Below the pieces are notes generated by a model. The model saw only the letters and a list, made by a program, of their open reading frames with translations, did not search any database and had not been told where the DNA came from. From contig CAXUUL010000017.1 in NCBI GenBank assembly GCA_964255285.1, positions 1 through 64,000 on the forward strand: a stretch of DNA of 64,000 bases. Reading direction: 5' to 3'. The position numbers and the translations under genes are program-made. This stretch comes from Ionaspis alba. Its lineage: Eukaryota. Of this stretch, positions 24,443 to 39,521 are shown one piece after another. Each line of letters begins with the position of its first letter. Within the stretch, counting starts at the first letter, position 1.

Positions 24443-25847
24443 GAGCAGAATAATGTCGCATAGAAAATACAGCTATCGAGCTGAAGCTGAAGCTGAAGTT
24501 GGATCAGGGTCTTGAGATCGAAGAAAAATACATTGATAGAGACGAGACGATGCGAAGGAGCGGCTGGGAGTCTGAGAGAATAGGAAATGGAGGTGGCCCC
24601 CTTTCGTCTTAACGGTGATGTTCAGACATGTGGAGGTAGGAGCCTGAAGCCAACACGTAAACATTGACGTGAAGGTCAGGACAATGAGAACGCGAGAGTA
24701 GCGCCACTATCTCCACTCGATGGTCGAATTAGCATTTTGGGTGACCGAAAGCACCAACGTTTGTTCTTGCGAAATATTGAGTCATCGTTGCGACACATAG
24801 ACGTCGTGGCCGTTGTGTTCATTGCAATGCTTCGACAAGAAATCCTTCAACCAACAATATCGTGTTCAGTAATACATGTTCACAGCTGGGAAGTGCGAAG
24901 CTCTTCTGCTCGAGGTAAAGCTCCACCTCGAATAGACATCAAAGCCACAGTTCTTTCACCAGGACGCAAAGAGGGAACAGCTTTCACAAACAAGTGTCCA
25001 CAGTGGAAGCCGCGAACGCCTCGTCGAGGTAGATTGAGGCCTTTAGCCTCCACTCTCCTTCGTAAAGCAGAACCAAAAGCACCTGATCTGAAAATGAAAA
25101 AGGAAAAACAGGGACGAAAAGATCCGATCGCACTTGCAACAGTATGAATTCAAGCCTTTGACGTCTTTACAAAGCCTTTACAAATCCTCTGCCCCGAAGC
25201 CCAGATTCTCGTGTTGTCGAACATGAGGCGTCTCGGCGCTTGGCCTCTCAGCCCTCGTGCTCACGCAACGGGGGGGAAATAACCCGAAGATCTGTCTGTA
25301 GCCATCTGCCATAGTCAGCTCTTACGTTGCAGGCGGCAAAAGCAAAACTGTTCCTGAAAAAGAGCCCGCTCTGGTGAAAGCCTAGGAGGCGGGCGGCGTC
25401 CGCTTATGGGGTTCGACTCGGTCAGCTGCTCGGAATCCGGATGCTACAGCGGGCATGAAATGTGCCGCTGTTGTCTGCCGCCGTAGTAGGAATTAGAACT
25501 CCAATCATACTCCAAGAATAATAGTCCTGGCGGTCTGGGCTACATAGGGAATGATTGGGGCGTTTGATCATTATGCCGTGGGGAGATAATAATAATGCTA
25601 GCACGGTAACTGAGTATACATGGTACTAAGTGCCGTGCTTGAAAGCAGTGTTCCATCGTGGTCCAAATGGAGGACGGCTTTTTTTGTTGTCAGCAAAGGC
25701 ACACTCGTTGGTACCGGCACTGGGCTATGGATCGTAGTGGTGTGTTCTGTGGCGCTGCTCGAAGCAGTGTTGTTGCTCCATTTGAAGCTTGGCACTGAGG
25801 TCGTCGTCATGCGATGTCCCGGCATCCGAGCTCGCTTATGCTTCCAA

Positions 25848-26057
25848 GAGGCATTCCGAGGGTTTGTATTATTATCTTTCATTATTCTTGTCCCAGCGGT
25901 TANNNNNNNNNNNNNNNNNNNNNNNNNNNNNNNNNNNNNNNNNNNNNNNNNNNNNNNNNNNNNNNNNNNNNNNNNNNNNNNNNNNNNNNNNNNNNNNNNN
26001 NNGAGGCATTCCGAGGGTTTGTATTATTATCTTTCATTATTCTTGTCCCAGCGGTTA
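25848..26057. other. Scaffold gap (100 N, 25903-26002) flanked by an exact 55-bp duplication
   Basis: 25848-25902 equals 26003-26057. Confidence 0.95.
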
Positions 26058-29000
26058 CGCATGCAATAATGATCATTTCAGATATTGCCAACTCCGGTGA
26101 GCCGGAATCGAACCAATCACTGCGACAAGGTTTCGATATTGATGTCGCAATACCGTTTTGAGCTGAGAAAGTAATGACGAGGCATTTTGTCTATCTTGGA
26201 AGACATTGGTGGTTATTATTGGTAGCCGTTATGGAGACATCTCCACAGGATCAAACAACTGGTGATGCTCGTTTTGGGATATCAAACGATAGTACATGAG
26301 ATCGGTGCTTGAGTCACTTCGAATCGGGATAGCATTGAGATGGGCAATTATAGCCCATGGAAAGTGTCATGGGCAAGACGAAATCACTGTGGATCACAGG
26401 CAGCAGAGTATAGGATCGACGCAGTTGAGCGGTCTTAGCAATTCTGCCTAGCCATGGGTAGCAAAACAAGTCTCAATAATCTCCGACGCAGTGAGAACCA
26501 ACTGGTCGAGCAAGTCCTGCAACTACCAATATCGCTCCTCAGAGCCATAGGAAATGGCAATACCCGTGCACTTCCAGCATGACGAAGAACGAAAAGCATG
26601 GCAACGGCGAGGTCATGCAGTGGCAAAGTTTAGCCAGGCAAAGACTGTTTAGTGTGTCCGATCGGTGAAAGTCAGATGCGGAACTGGTGCCGTTGTGGTG
26701 CCATGCAGGTCAACGGCATGAAGTGACCAGTGAGCCAAGGTTGCTGCCTCGGGCGCAAAAAAGCAACACCAAAGGAAAATCGAAAACACCACACGACAGC
26801 CAAAAGCAAAAGCGCGGCGCTGTTCTCGACCGACAGTTAGGCCCAGGGTATCACAAGCGTTAAAACACAGATCCCAACCCAAACGCACGGTCAGCGGGAT
26901 AGCCAACGAGAGGACGTTGTGTCGCTTTCTCTCCCTTTCGCTACCTCCCTGTCCCATGCATGCAATGTGTGAAGGATCGAAAACGATGGAAGCGGCCCAG
27001 GACCACCAAATGACGCTCAAGGATCAGCACCGATAATCAGCAACAAGCGTCAGCACGGGCATACTGCCAATCAACATCGTCACTGAGGACGCCTTGAATG
27101 GAGCCCACCTCGTACTGGACAGTACGTGTCCCATGTGTGGCTGCACCACTCTGCTCCCTCCAGCCTCGAAGATCGAAAACCATCCCGGGACTTCGTCGGT
27201 GTGTCATGATCCCAACCTCGCTGGCTTGTTCGTTCACCCTTCCTTTCTGCTTCGACCGGCAATATGCGCGAGGCAAATCTGCTCTAGGCCGGATAATTAA
27301 AGACGAATGGCAGCTGAGAGCGAGTCAGCGTCCACGGGCGATCGTTTTCATCATCCATCAGCAACCTTGCAGATTGTTGTCCAGCCCCCAACGGCACAAA
27401 TCAATAATAATTGCTGAGCATTAATTTGCGAGTGAGTAAATGGCTATTTCGAACGCGATCGTCCACCCTCTGGCTTACGAGGTACCGAATAATGATGATG
27501 ATCTTTCCGTACCGCGTTCCTTTGGTTGCATGTTCGACAGCATAATGTTACACCACCGAAATCCTCTGTGTCCTAACACCAACAAACAAGGGCAACCGCA
27601 AAAAGATTCCCCGGGGCGTAATCCTCATCCATCGTTTTGGGTCGTGCCCTAGTTCTATGGAGAGGCCGCTCGGGAGACTATTTGCATAACACACCATAAT
27701 GGGGCGCTGCGCTGGTCATCATCGGGGGATTAACGGGGCGTTAGATGAGGACTCATTCTCCTGGCTCCAGTGTCAATCGGTCCTAGCTCAGAAGCATCAA
27801 CCATGGCAATGATCAGACTTGACGTGTCATTCGAGCCAAACAAAAGACACCGAACCCAGCTCGAATAGTTCCCGGAAGTGTGAAAAGTGTGCTACTTGAG
27901 GGATCCCGGGAAAGGGTATGTGCTGTATACTGGCTGTTCCGCCTTTGCCATGAAATCAATGCGGTCTCCGCCCCGCGCCGGGGCTGGTCCAAACAATTTC
28001 GAGTTTAGCAGGATGGATATCGAGGACTCCGTCCTTACGTAGTGATGTAAGCTAGGCGCCCCACCTACACAACTGCAACGACAACTGCTGCAACGGGGGG
28101 GTTGATGCACGCCAGAAAAGGTTGGTGGCCATGGGGCTAGTTACGACTACGCCCACAGGCTGGGACGATGGCTAGAGATTCGACTGGCAATGACTGGACG
28201 AAGCAGTTTAGCTGGAGAAGGAAGGAAGGATTTCATGCCGCGTTGTATGACTTGGCGACACGCTTGACTCCTTTGAGACTAAGGTCAAGGCTGGCACACA
28301 AGGCTTCTCGCACCGATCCTTTCCCACCTTCCACACACTTCATCGCACCATCGTCCTCCCTTCTCTCGGCAGATGCGGTGTAATTTGCAAGACACGCATC
28401 TCATTAGGGATCCCGAACAGGTGAATGGCCCCGCTTGCCTGCTTGTCTGCTGGCTGGCTTGCTTGCACGCGCAGTGGCCGCAGTATCCTGGTGAAGTGGG
28501 AATGAACTCGGAGCTGAATGGCTGCCTCGCACTTTTTCTTAGCATCATCCTTTTGCCATTAGCCTCTTCTTGCCATCCCTTTCCACCACACATCACTCAC
28601 CAGCCCAGCCCGCTTCGCCCTGGTAGCCTGCGTGTGCGTATGTGTGCGTGCATTTCTATGTCTGACTGACCGACTAAGCTGCACCCTAGCCACTCCTTCC
28701 ACATCCTTCGCCTGCTTGTCCGCAGTTGTCTGTCTTGTCTTTGATTACTCCACCTCTGCGTATTCGTTTCTCATGTTACCTCCCCTGCAAGTCCTGGGTG
28801 CGAGGTCATCCCAGCCACAGCAGGCTGGATCGAACAACAAGAGCGTCAGAAAGGATTTTTAGCATTTGCGAACTCGACTGCATGCCTTACTTACATGATC
28901 TGCTCCCACCTTTGTTCGACAGGCACTCTCTCCCCCTCCAACCATTCACACGCTATTTCCCGACCCTCATCCATGCCCTAGGCCATACATAGCAAAGCAG

Positions 29001-29508
29001 CACAACACCTTTCCACCCCCTCCAAAATCCCCACCCACCGATATACCAAAACCCCCCCTACCACTTGCTCACAACTAACCCTCCAACCAACCACCCTCCT
29101 CTATTACTACTATTTGCGACCACCTCCACCACCCCTCTTTCGATATCTATTCTCGTTGACGTTCGCCTTCTCTCGTCACCTCAGTTTTATATCTTCTTCC
29201 TTTTCAGCCTTCCTCTCCATCGATCTGCCTCGCCATCCTACCTCACTCACACCTCTACGCCCATCCAACACTCCTTCCGTTCTTACACTCCTTTGGTGTA
29301 CTCCCGTACCTTGGCCGCCTTGTTCTCAGCCGCGTTCTCCGGAGATCGGGCTTCTCTTCAGCTTTTCCCACCTTCGGTTCCCATATAATCGAGGTCAAGA
29401 GAAAGAAGTTTCCTACCGGATTGGAAAGACCGATAGTGTTTCCTCTTCTTTTCCTCTTCTCCCTCTCCGCCTCCGCTCTCGGCCTGGCCCTCTCCCGCCA
29501 TTGATACT

Positions 29509-30890
29509 ATGATTCCCACACCACCGCCATCACCAAAACCATCTGGAACATGTGCTCAACCCAATCGACTGGGCCAAATCCTGGCTGGGAGCCTGCAGCT
29601 TACCAGTATAATAGGCGTGGGCGCGTATGGGGTCGTCTACACAGCCATCGACATCAACGACAATGACCATCCCTATGCTGTCAAGGCCCTGAACAAGATT
29701 GGTCTGGACCCAAGACAACGGAGATTTCAGCAACGTGAGATTCAACTCCACCATCAGGCCAGCCAGCATCCCAATGTGGTTTCCTTGGTCAAGATCATGG
29801 ACTCGGAAGATTGCACATTTGTTGTGTTGGAGTACTGTCCCGAGGGCGACTTGTTCACGAGTATCACGGAGTGTGGGTATTATATTGGTAATGACCACCT
29901 GGTCAAGCAAGCCTTTCTTCAGATTTTGGATGCTGTAGACTACTGCCACTCTGTTGGGATCTACCATCGGGATCTGAAACCTGAGAATATTCTGGTGACC
30001 GATGGAGGCCGAACTGTGAAGCTTGCAGACTTTGGACTTGCCACTCGGGATGTCATTACTTCGGACTTTGGTTGCGGCTCGACGTTCTATATGTCACCAG
30101 GTAGGATCTCACCGGCTTCTCCAATTTTCCCCCATTTCCTATTTCTCCTTCGACTAACGTCTCGATCTTGGCAGAATGCCAAGCTTCATCACCCAAGGCA
30201 TCATCCTACTATGCATCGGGACCTAATGACATCTGGAGCCTTGGCGTGATACTGGTGAACCTGACCTGTGGGCGGAACCCGTGGAAACGTGCCTCACCCG
30301 AGGACGCCACGTTCAGGGCCTACCTCAAGGATTCTCGTTTCTTAAGTTCGATTCTGCCGCTCTCTCCTGAGCTGGACAAGATTCTGAGACGCATCTTTGA
30401 GTGTAATCCCGCCCAGCGGATCAGCATCGCGGAACTGAGACTTCTCATCCTCCGGTGTCCCCGCTTCACGACTACTAGCCGTCCCAGGTCCCCTCCTACC
30501 CCTCCTCCCGAGATAGACTTCATGGAGGAAATCACCCTCCAACAAAACAACTACTACGGCATCTCCTTTGAGCAGCAGTTCCAGGCCCTCATCAACTCTG
30601 TTCCTAATCCCCAAGGCCAGCCAGTGGTCGCACAACACTCGCATCTTACTTCGGTATCTGCTGGCTCCTCGCCTTCGGACGATGGATCCACTTGCTCGAC
30701 AACATCATCGTCGTCCTCGAATATGTCTGATTTCATCCCTCGAGTCTGCTATCCGGACGAAGGAGCGTTAATACAACCACCTGGCAACTTCTACGGCAAT
30801 CTCTTTCCATCTCAGGAATGGGGACCCAAGCCAGTGGCTCATCATCATCATCATCCTTTCGCCCCTTCCATTCTCCAGGCTGTCTACTAA
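29509..30890 (+). CDS. ran1: Ran1/Pat1-like (Sks1/Vhs1 family) Ser/Thr protein kinase, 2 exons
   Basis: IGVGAYGVVY, YAVKAL, IYHRDLKPENIL, KLADFGLAT, DFGCGSTFYMSPEC, LVNLTCGRNPWKRAS. Intron 30101-30174. Confidence 0.93.
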
Positions 30891-32074
30891 GGACAATTAA
30901 TACTTGTGGTCCTGGACCCCTTACCTTTTGTTCTCCTTCGTGGATACAACCTTATTTAATGTAGAGACGATCAACGAAAAACAATGCTCTTTTTTCTCTC
31001 TTTTCTCTCTCTTCTTTCTCTTGATGTGTTACGAAAAGCGCGAAATAGATGGGAATGGCGGTGAGGAGGTTTTTGTTTGCAAATGGCGAATTGGGCGTGC
31101 CGATGGATGGTCCTCTTGGAGCCATAGCCTCCATGGAGTCTACTGTGCTAAGCCTGCTGGATCCAAAGTTTGCCAATTTCAAGGATCAGGGATCCACCAT
31201 CAGGAACAAGAACTCGACAAGCAGGTCTTTTGAACGGTGAATTCGGCACGAATCGGGGGGAGGTTTGCTCTGAAAGAATTGTTACATATGCTACTTGCGA
31301 CACGTTCTTATACCAGGCGTTATCAAAGGGGGATATACCACCGGGAGAACAGGGTTGGGAGGAGTTTTTTCTTTTTGACAAGTTTCCCTGGTTTTGCTAT
31401 CTACTTTTGCTATCTTGAGGACATCCAGAAGAGAGTCCAATCGCCATCATCAACAAAAAATCTATGGCTCCAATTCTTTCGAAATAAGTGCCGAGGACGA
31501 CGACGACCCGGCCGACAAAACAAATTTTGTTTCTATCTACATATATTTATTGCTTCACATCTTGGCCATCTATCTGGGCTTGGGATAACATCCATTGCCG
31601 ATTGTTTGTTTGTGTGTGTATATTAGGACCTCGCCTATCAGTGGCAAAACCACGGTCATGGACGAATTGGTTTATGCTTGGTTGCTTGAGCGGCGCCTGA
31701 AAATTTAAAGATGGCCTCTGGCTTTTTGCTCGCTCTATATCCTTTGCTCTCTGTATACTACGTACGTGAACTGTGCTATGTTCGGATCCATTCTGCACCC
31801 ATCAGGCGGTTGATCCAAGGACTGTAATCCCACCAGGATCTCTTCAACCGGATGCTTAGATCACGTGACACAACCCTACCCTACTCTACTCCCAAATCCA
31901 CTTCCCTCACTATCACCGTAGCCAGAAACCCGTGTAACCCTCCCCTCCCTTCAAGCCCTCGCACACATACAGCACATACTTCCACCGTACGCACCACAAC
32001 AGCCCTGCGCCTTCTCCATCACCAGTCTCCCCCATTGGCCGCCCTGCCTGCCCCTCATCCATCCACCTGTCACA

Positions 32075-32284
32075 AAAAAAACGGGTGCCTCACACCCCAA
32101 AAACGAAAACCTTACGCCCGGCTGCTCGCNNNNNNNNNNNNNNNNNNNNNNNNNNNNNNNNNNNNNNNNNNNNNNNNNNNNNNNNNNNNNNNNNNNNNNN
32201 NNNNNNNNNNNNNNNNNNNNNNNNNNNNNAAAAAAACGGGTGCCTCACACCCCAAAAACGAAAACCTTACGCCCGGCTGCTCGC
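32075..32284. other. Scaffold gap (100 N, 32130-32229) flanked by an exact 55-bp duplication
   Basis: 32075-32129 equals 32230-32284. Confidence 0.95.
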
Positions 32285-32411
32285 ATTGGCGATGCGATGC
32301 AATGCATTGCCCTTTTGGCTTTTTCCGGCGCCATGCTGCAGGAAGCACGGGAGCAAAAAAAGGGTTCCTTTAGGTAGGGCGAGGTGAGGGACTTGCTTTT
32401 TGCGTGCATGT

Positions 32412-32431
32412 TATGTATGTATGTATGTATG
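32412..32431. repeat. (TATG)5 microsatellite
   Basis: Seen directly. Confidence 0.9.
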
Positions 32432-32751
32432 GTGAGTGTGTTGCCTGCCGTGCGACCGAGACATTTAGGGCGGGGCGGATGTGCTTGGTGGTGGTGGCCT
32501 TTTGCAGCCTTAGGGTATTGGCTATCGCACTCAGCCTGGTGAGGGATTTTCTTTTGTCTGAAGGACCCTTTTTGCTTGCTTGCTTGATGCTGCTGTGAGA
32601 TGGAGGGAGGGAGGATGAGATTAGGTTTGCTGGACCCTTTTTTTTCCCGGATCTGCTGTGGAGGTGGTATCGCTGTTAGCTGAGATACACAACGAGAATC
32701 GTGCTTCGAGCGCCCTTGGCGAAGAGGTAGGTCAAGATTGATAGCTCGATC

Positions 32752-33971
32752 GTACTGACGTTGCAGATTTTGAAGACTGGACAGTCCTGCGCTGGTGGCT
32801 AGTGACACGGTACTGCATGTACTGACTCCAGTCCTCATCGGCTATGGAATCCAGCAATCGCACCCGCAACCGGGCTGTGAGCACTATCAATCTCCCACGT
32901 ACAGTACACCACCGCCGCGCTTATACCATCCTTCTCAACAGCAGCGCACTGATCTACACCTTACAGTTCGCCTATTCCCATATCCGTCTATCTCCCAGTA
33001 CGTGGTGGCCCCTCTTAATTTATTCCTCTCGATCAGAAACCCGAGTCCGCCTTCCCACTCGCGCGTTTACTCGCACAGTACAGTACTTTGTCAAGAGCAA
33101 GCACCCCCACTTTCCCAGCGCGCAACAATCTCCAAGTATGTGCGTAGATGCAGCGCAAATCATCACAATTATGCCAGCAACTCGTGGCGAGCAGATCATC
33201 GAGAACGAAAGAGAGGACTGCTTAGATGAGGGTGCGAGGATCATCCCATCTCTTTGCTGCTGTCCCTCCTGCCGCCGCCGCCACAATTCCTGAGAGTGAC
33301 TGACTGCGCCATTATTCGCGTAGGCAGTCTCCCGCCCGCGAGGGAGGCAAGGTCACCTGCCACTATCCTTACTGTTGCAATCGGGACTAGGTCGTGGTTG
33401 TATTTCGCTGCGATAGAGGCGGAAAGGGACCAGCCTGGCCCGAAACCGCGCCGCCACCTTCAGCTCACAGAAGAGCACACTGTGGTGTGAGTGATGGATG
33501 GGCGGTCGAGGGAAAGGCCGCCTTGGCTGTGGCATGCTGACTCTGCAGATTCCATCCTGTATCTACATACTTGGCGTGTCGTTTTCCTCGGTTGGTCCAG
33601 TGAATTTTGTTCGTTGGCTATGGGCTGCGTATTCGTGTAAGCAGCACCGTTGGTGGCGACTTCCATCATCGCGTCATTGCTACTCTGCAGAGNNNNNNNN
33701 NNNNNNNNNNNNNNNNNNNNNNNNNNNNNNNNNNNNNNNNNNNNNNNNNNNNNNNNNNNNNNNNNNNNNNNNNNNNNNNNNNNNNNNNNNNNCACAGCAA
33801 GCGAGGTACGTAAGTCGCTTGCTCGTCGATCAACTGCACGGCCCCTTTGGCGATGCCTCTGCTGGGAAACAGATTTGCTGGACGGGTGTACGAAAAGTAC
33901 TGCTGCGCCTTCCCAGTCCCGATGAAGAACTCGGGAACGTGATACTAGAGTCGCATGGCTGCACTGTACTG
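32752..33971. promoter_or_regulatory. Cluster of nine CAGTAC/GTACTG hexamers, putative cis-regulatory module
   Basis: Copies start at 32752, 32810, 32819, 32902, 32996, 33076, 33081, 33897 and 33966. Function is inferred. Confidence 0.4.
33693..33792. other. Scaffold gap (100 N), no flanking duplication
   Basis: N run. Confidence 0.98.
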
Positions 33972-34859
33972 CTGAGGTTCGGGAATGATCTGCAACTTTC
34001 GCTTACAGCTGTGGGAGCTGGGTCCGAGACCTTACTGCTGGGTGGCATTGGGTAGGTGATGGGTACACGGGCCGTGTTTTGCTTGCTGAGTCTCATGTCC
34101 CGGTGGAGTGGTGCATGCGGATGAGGAATCGATGTAAGAAGGGGAAGGGATGAGTCTGTCATGTGATTTTGAAGATGACAGGATGGTCAAAATGCTTTCC
34201 TTTGCTTCTTTGCTGGGATTTGTTCTTATGCAAGAGAACTTATTCGTTTGCTTGTCTTCAGCGTGGTATAGGTGATGTTGCTATTTTATCCTCTCTCCAT
34301 ATGTGTGTCTCGTGTTCATACGCAAATAGATGTCTTAATTCACTTCGAGCCCAGCATGACCGCTCCTAAAGCACTTTCTATACTTATCGCCCAGATGGAT
34401 CAGATGCTTCAGAGCAGCGAGGCCCATGATGGATGACTGTGTCAAGACAATAGATAACATGCTCTCGGTCACTGCCCGTCTCAATTTGCTGGTCGTGTGA
34501 TCACCGAGGATGATAGTGAGATATAGTTCATGCCTCAGAGTAGCTATTCAGGGTGATTAGCATAATGCTCTCTCACTAAGTTTACCCTCAAAGTATGTAT
34601 TGAGAAATAATAGCACCACGCACTGCCTCTGCTTCAAAGCGCAAATGTGTGCCTTGGCATTGTTGATTTTGAGGGAAATAAATGGAAACTCGAACCAGAT
34701 GACAGATTCACGGCTGCGGAAGCACATCATATGGTCACTATGCGCAGATTGAGATAGATGGGGTACTCGAATTCAGTAAAGCCAGATCCTAACGTGAATC
34801 ATATGAAGTGTTGCCTAGCAGGAGGCCAACGAATCTAGCAGGGATAGCCTTGCATAAGC

Positions 34860-34890
34860 TTAGGGTTAGTGGGAGAGGTCTAGGGTTAGG
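34860..34890. repeat. Two interstitial telomere-like motifs (TTAGGGTTAG, TAGGGTTAGG)
   Basis: 34860-34869 and 34881-34890. Confidence 0.7.
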
Positions 34891-35385
34891 AATTTCAAAC
34901 GTCACTTTCGAAAATCGGACAGAGATCACGTGTTCGACGGAAGAGGCAATTTATAGGGCTTTGCAGCTGTTGCTTTCCATACTTCATGCAAGTACAACAG
35001 CACGGCCCCAACTAGATCAAGTATGTATTGTGATATTATGAACTAGTCTGAGGATGTATTGCAATTGGTCCCTATTGAGTACGAAGCGTTTCAGGCATGG
35101 TAGTCAAGGATCCGAAGCTCTAAGTCAAGTATGCACGAAGAATTGGATTGCGCGTAGCATACGAGTGCAACGAACATTGGAAGTGGGAGTGTGAGTGATT
35201 GCAAACAGCCCACATAAGGGGAGCTTATATGGTTGTTCGGACCATTTTCATCTCCCACCAGCAGCAAGTCTAGCCCACGAATGATTCCATCTATCTAGTG
35301 AAGCTATAGGCTATTCTGCAAGTCGCGCGAGCTCTCTCCGTACGTATTGTTCAGGGACATCCATAACCAGAGAGTAGTCAAGAGC

Positions 35386-38196
<2,811 letters not shown>

Positions 38197-38708
38197 CTTT
38201 GTGGTGCAGCAATGGGCCTATACTAAGATGTCCTTTTGCTCTCTCTGATGATTTGATAGAAGGTTAGCCAATTGATGCAAGATGATGGTAGGGCTTTGGT
38301 AAGAAGCCCAACCAATGAATATATTCCTCCGCACTGAGATCGTACTGTCAAGCGGACTCATACACAAATATAGTGTCTATGCTTCCCGATGGCATGTAAG
38401 CAGATGGATTGTATCCCTTCGACTCAGAGAGTCGGGTTAAAGGCTGGTGGAGTGATCTGAAGCTTTGATGTAAGAATTTTGGCTCTAGTGAAGTCCAAGA
38501 CAGGCATTAAGCGGCCAATTTTAGCTTACGCTAGACCACTAGCGCCGAGATAGTCTCACTTCTGTATCAAAGGGCAAACTCCCTAAATCAAAGTTGGTCA
38601 GATTCTCATGATTGAAACCACTCTTCTTCCCCTCTTAGACAGAATCTACCTCTACTGCTCAAGAAGGTAAATTCAAGCAACGCTTTATCCTGATCAACCG
38701 GCGAAATT

Positions 38709-39054
38709 ATGGGAGGCGCTAGCAGAGAAGGTAAGCTACCTTCCCTCCTCCTACCCCGCCACCCCACTTACTGACACTCTCATCAGGTGGGAAAGCCAAG
38801 CCGTTGAAAGCACCGAAGAAGGAGAAGAAAGAGCTTGATGATGACGAGCTAGCGTTCAGAGAGAAGCAGAAGGCCGGTATGCTTCTCCCTCCTTCCTGCC
38901 ATACAAGGCGCAGAATGATACTTGAGATTATCGGGGAAGTACTAAGAGCATGCGTACAGACGCAAAAGCCAACAAGGAGATGGCAGAGAAGGCTAAGGGG
39001 AAGGGACCCATGAACGCGGGACAGCAAGGGATTAAAAAATCAGGAAAGAAGTAA
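38709..39054 (+). CDS. TMA7: Translation machinery-associated protein 7 (68 aa), 3 exons
   Basis: Exons 38709-38730, 38787-38876 and 38960-39054: MGGASREGGKAKPLKAPKKEKKELDDDELAFREKQKADAKANKEMAEKAKGKGPMNAGQQGIKKSGKK. Confidence 0.95.
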
Positions 39055-39521
39055 GAGACTTGTAGAGCATCTACCCCTCGCTTTTTCGAGGGCAAGCATG
39101 GGACGCACAAACCAAGGGCATGATCACAGGGTTCTTGTAAGGGATAGAAAGCGATTAGGCACGGAGTTAGAAGTGATCACGAATGCATACACCCATAAAG
39201 CAAGGGTAAACACATTTTTCTCGACCTTAAAAGCTATCTAAAGCAATTGTAAACAACGCCGTCATGTCGACGGGCATCTGCGACTCTTAAGGGTATCTGG
39301 GAGCCAGAAGAACAGTTCATCAGAGCAAGTCAGCAAGCCAGCCTTTACAGCACCTCAAACCTGTCCATCCCAAATGCTTCCACCGGACCACCCATAACCA
39401 TTAACACCAAATATACACATTTCCCATCCGATCTGAAGCCATCCATAGCCATTCCCACCAGAAAATACACCGCCCTCAAACCCCTCCCTCCATATCCACC
39501 CACGGGCCCAACCTTCCCAAT

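Noticed and set aside
25365..25430. tRNA gene around GGTTCGACTC
   Set aside because: No acceptor stem, anticodon arm or full T stem; kept only as a B-box-like element.
25848..26057. 55-bp direct repeats around gaps as LTRs, target-site duplications or CRISPR repeats
   Set aside because: The same exact length at four unrelated gaps points to assembler k-mer overlap.
25598..26091. Minus-strand ORF joined across the first gap
   Set aside because: Short, unrecognisable product with upstream stops and no splice support.
29065..29512. ORFs upstream of ran1 as N-terminal extension or peptides
   Set aside because: TTG-initiated frames in CT-rich leader DNA; the kinase frame has a stop at 29434.
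32660..32730. TPP riboswitch near GCTGAGA
   Set aside because: The downstream conserved GAT-x-TGGATAAT-x-CCAGCG-like core is absent.
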